A stretch of DNA of 64,000 nucleotides from Octopus sinensis (Eukaryota), in assembly GCF_006345805.1 (NCBI RefSeq), contig NC_042997.1, positions 41,168,001 to 41,232,000 of the forward strand, written 5' to 3'. Positions within the stretch are counted from its first letter, which is position 1, and each line of letters begins with the position of its first letter. Positions 62,391-64,000 of the stretch are shown one piece after another. A program made the translations under genes and the position numbers. Under the pieces are notes generated by a model. It was given only the letters and a program-made list of their open reading frames with translations. It searched no databases and was not told the origin of the DNA.

Positions 62391-63739
62391 CTAGGAAACG
62401 CACCCATCCTTTGGACAGTTTAAGTTGCTTTGGTGTTATTTTTTCCCCAGTTACTTGAACTACCGAGAAGGTTTATGAGTAGCACAGCAATCTATGTTTC
62501 CGATTAATCTAGGAACAGAAAATCAAATTGAAGGCTGGTTATTGTGGAGGTCGTTGCACTTTAATGATCATAGAACATATGAGTTTGCAAGTGATGCAAA
62601 ATAGAGCTACTGAAGTGTTTTGGGAGTAGATTACGGATAATGACTACAAAATATAGTTGTTTTTTAAGTATATTTTGTTCACTCTTATTTTCATGTATAT
62701 CATATAAACATCTACATCTTTTGGAACATTTTATAAGACTTTACTGGCAAATTTTTAAGTCAAAATTTATTTATATGAAAGAAAACTATTGGTAACATAA
62801 CATGAATTGGGCAGAGTTAAAGAATACACACACCATCCGTCTTCCATGTAATCCTAACCCTAAACCCTAAACCTAGCCCTAAACACTGGGTGTGCATATT
62901 ATTTACCTTCACCCACATGTTGTTCTAAAAATTACAGTTAAATAAGATTTTTTGGATAAATCTTTTAAACTAACATAAACTTTTATTTATGTAAAAACTA
63001 ACATTTCATTTTCTGAGCTGAGATTCGAAACTGAATCTAAGGATTCTCGCTGACCTGATCCACCACTGGCCGAACAGGTGTGACAGAAATTTCTTTATCC
63101 TGTCAAAATGTGATGGATGGATTTCTAACCTGAGCTGTGTCACTGAAGGTTCAACTGGACAGCAGGTGACCTAGATAAGTAGTAAGGACTCCAATGGTAT
63201 GTCTGTTCTTCTTGCTAGGATGACCATTATAAATAGTGACCTTAGATACAGGACAGATAAGCAGGCAGCTTGCAACAGGTAAGCAGCCAACAGAGAGCCA
63301 CATAGTCAGCATGAGCGAATTATGATAGCCAATGACACAACACAGTAGCAGGACACAAAAAGATAGGACAGAAAAACAACACAACTCAACCAAATGTTCA
63401 ATGCACACACAGACACAAAATATGCCATGCACTCTTTCATCAAATCAACATTCTACTTCTCCTGTTGTTATTTTTACTTTGCCACCTCAAAGCTGTTGGT
63501 AACTTCATGTAGCAGCCTTCATTGATATTGTAAATTAAACTTTGAGTATCCAACACGTAGATGCAAGTGTGGATCAAATAAATTATTTAAACTACAATCC
63601 TCATTGTTTTACTTTGATGTCGTCCTATCTCCATCGGCGACACCCGACAACATACATTGAACCATCAACATCACATTTCGCTGCCCATACTGCTACAATT
63701 TACATGACAGAAAATTGCCATAAGAGGTAAGATGGAGAG

Positions 63740-64000
63740 AAGCTTCAGCTAGTGTCCTCACAGGCAAGGCACATAGGTATAAAAATCTTCTGGGAAGGTA
63801 ACATCGATGGAGTAGGGGGTGTAGGTATATTCCTTGTGGAGAAATGGGTGGATAAGGTCATAGAGGTTGTCAGGGTATGTGATAGAGTGCTTAAGCTCAG
63901 GCTAGTCTTGCAGAATAGTATAGCTACAATTATCTCTGCCTATGACCCTGCAAGTGGCCCTACCAAATGCTCTGAAGGACCATTTTTATGATACCCTTCT
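63740..64000 (+). mobile_element. RTE LINE apurinic endonuclease fragment, runs off the window
   Basis: GVGGVGIFLVEKWVDKVIEVVRVCDRVLKLRLV..IISAY. Confidence 0.75.

Overview
This is eukaryotic, AT-rich, repeat-dense DNA. The SINE and LINE families look like those of octopus/cephalopods, but that is recognition from memory, not a database result. One host gene is supported: a minus-strand PARP14/PARP15-like macro-PARP (macro domain, KH-like linker, WWE, ADP-ribosyltransferase). It has 9 confidently placed GT-AG exons between 53768 and 16686, and its 5' end is unresolved. The ART domain has an H-Y-I triad, which predicts mono-ADP-ribosylation. The WWE exon as assembled carries one extra base near 27119-27127, a frameshift that is either an assembly error or a real lesion. 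Almost everything else is transposable-element debris: Penelope-like elements, RTE (Expander-like and BovB-like), R4/Dong-like REL LINEs, an I-group LINE, CR1, tRNA-derived SINEs, hAT, mariner, piggyBac-like and Tc2-like MITEs, a foldback element and several minisatellites. The most unusual signal is a short composite unit of a tRNA-like Pol III A/B-box head, an (AAT)n spacer and a minimal type-I hammerhead ribozyme motif. It lies directly 3' of a Penelope RT/GIY-YIG ORF (968-1151) and also occurs as an ORF-less head-to-head pair in a PARP intron (51794-52368). TE boundaries are approximate unless a TSD or TIR is quoted.
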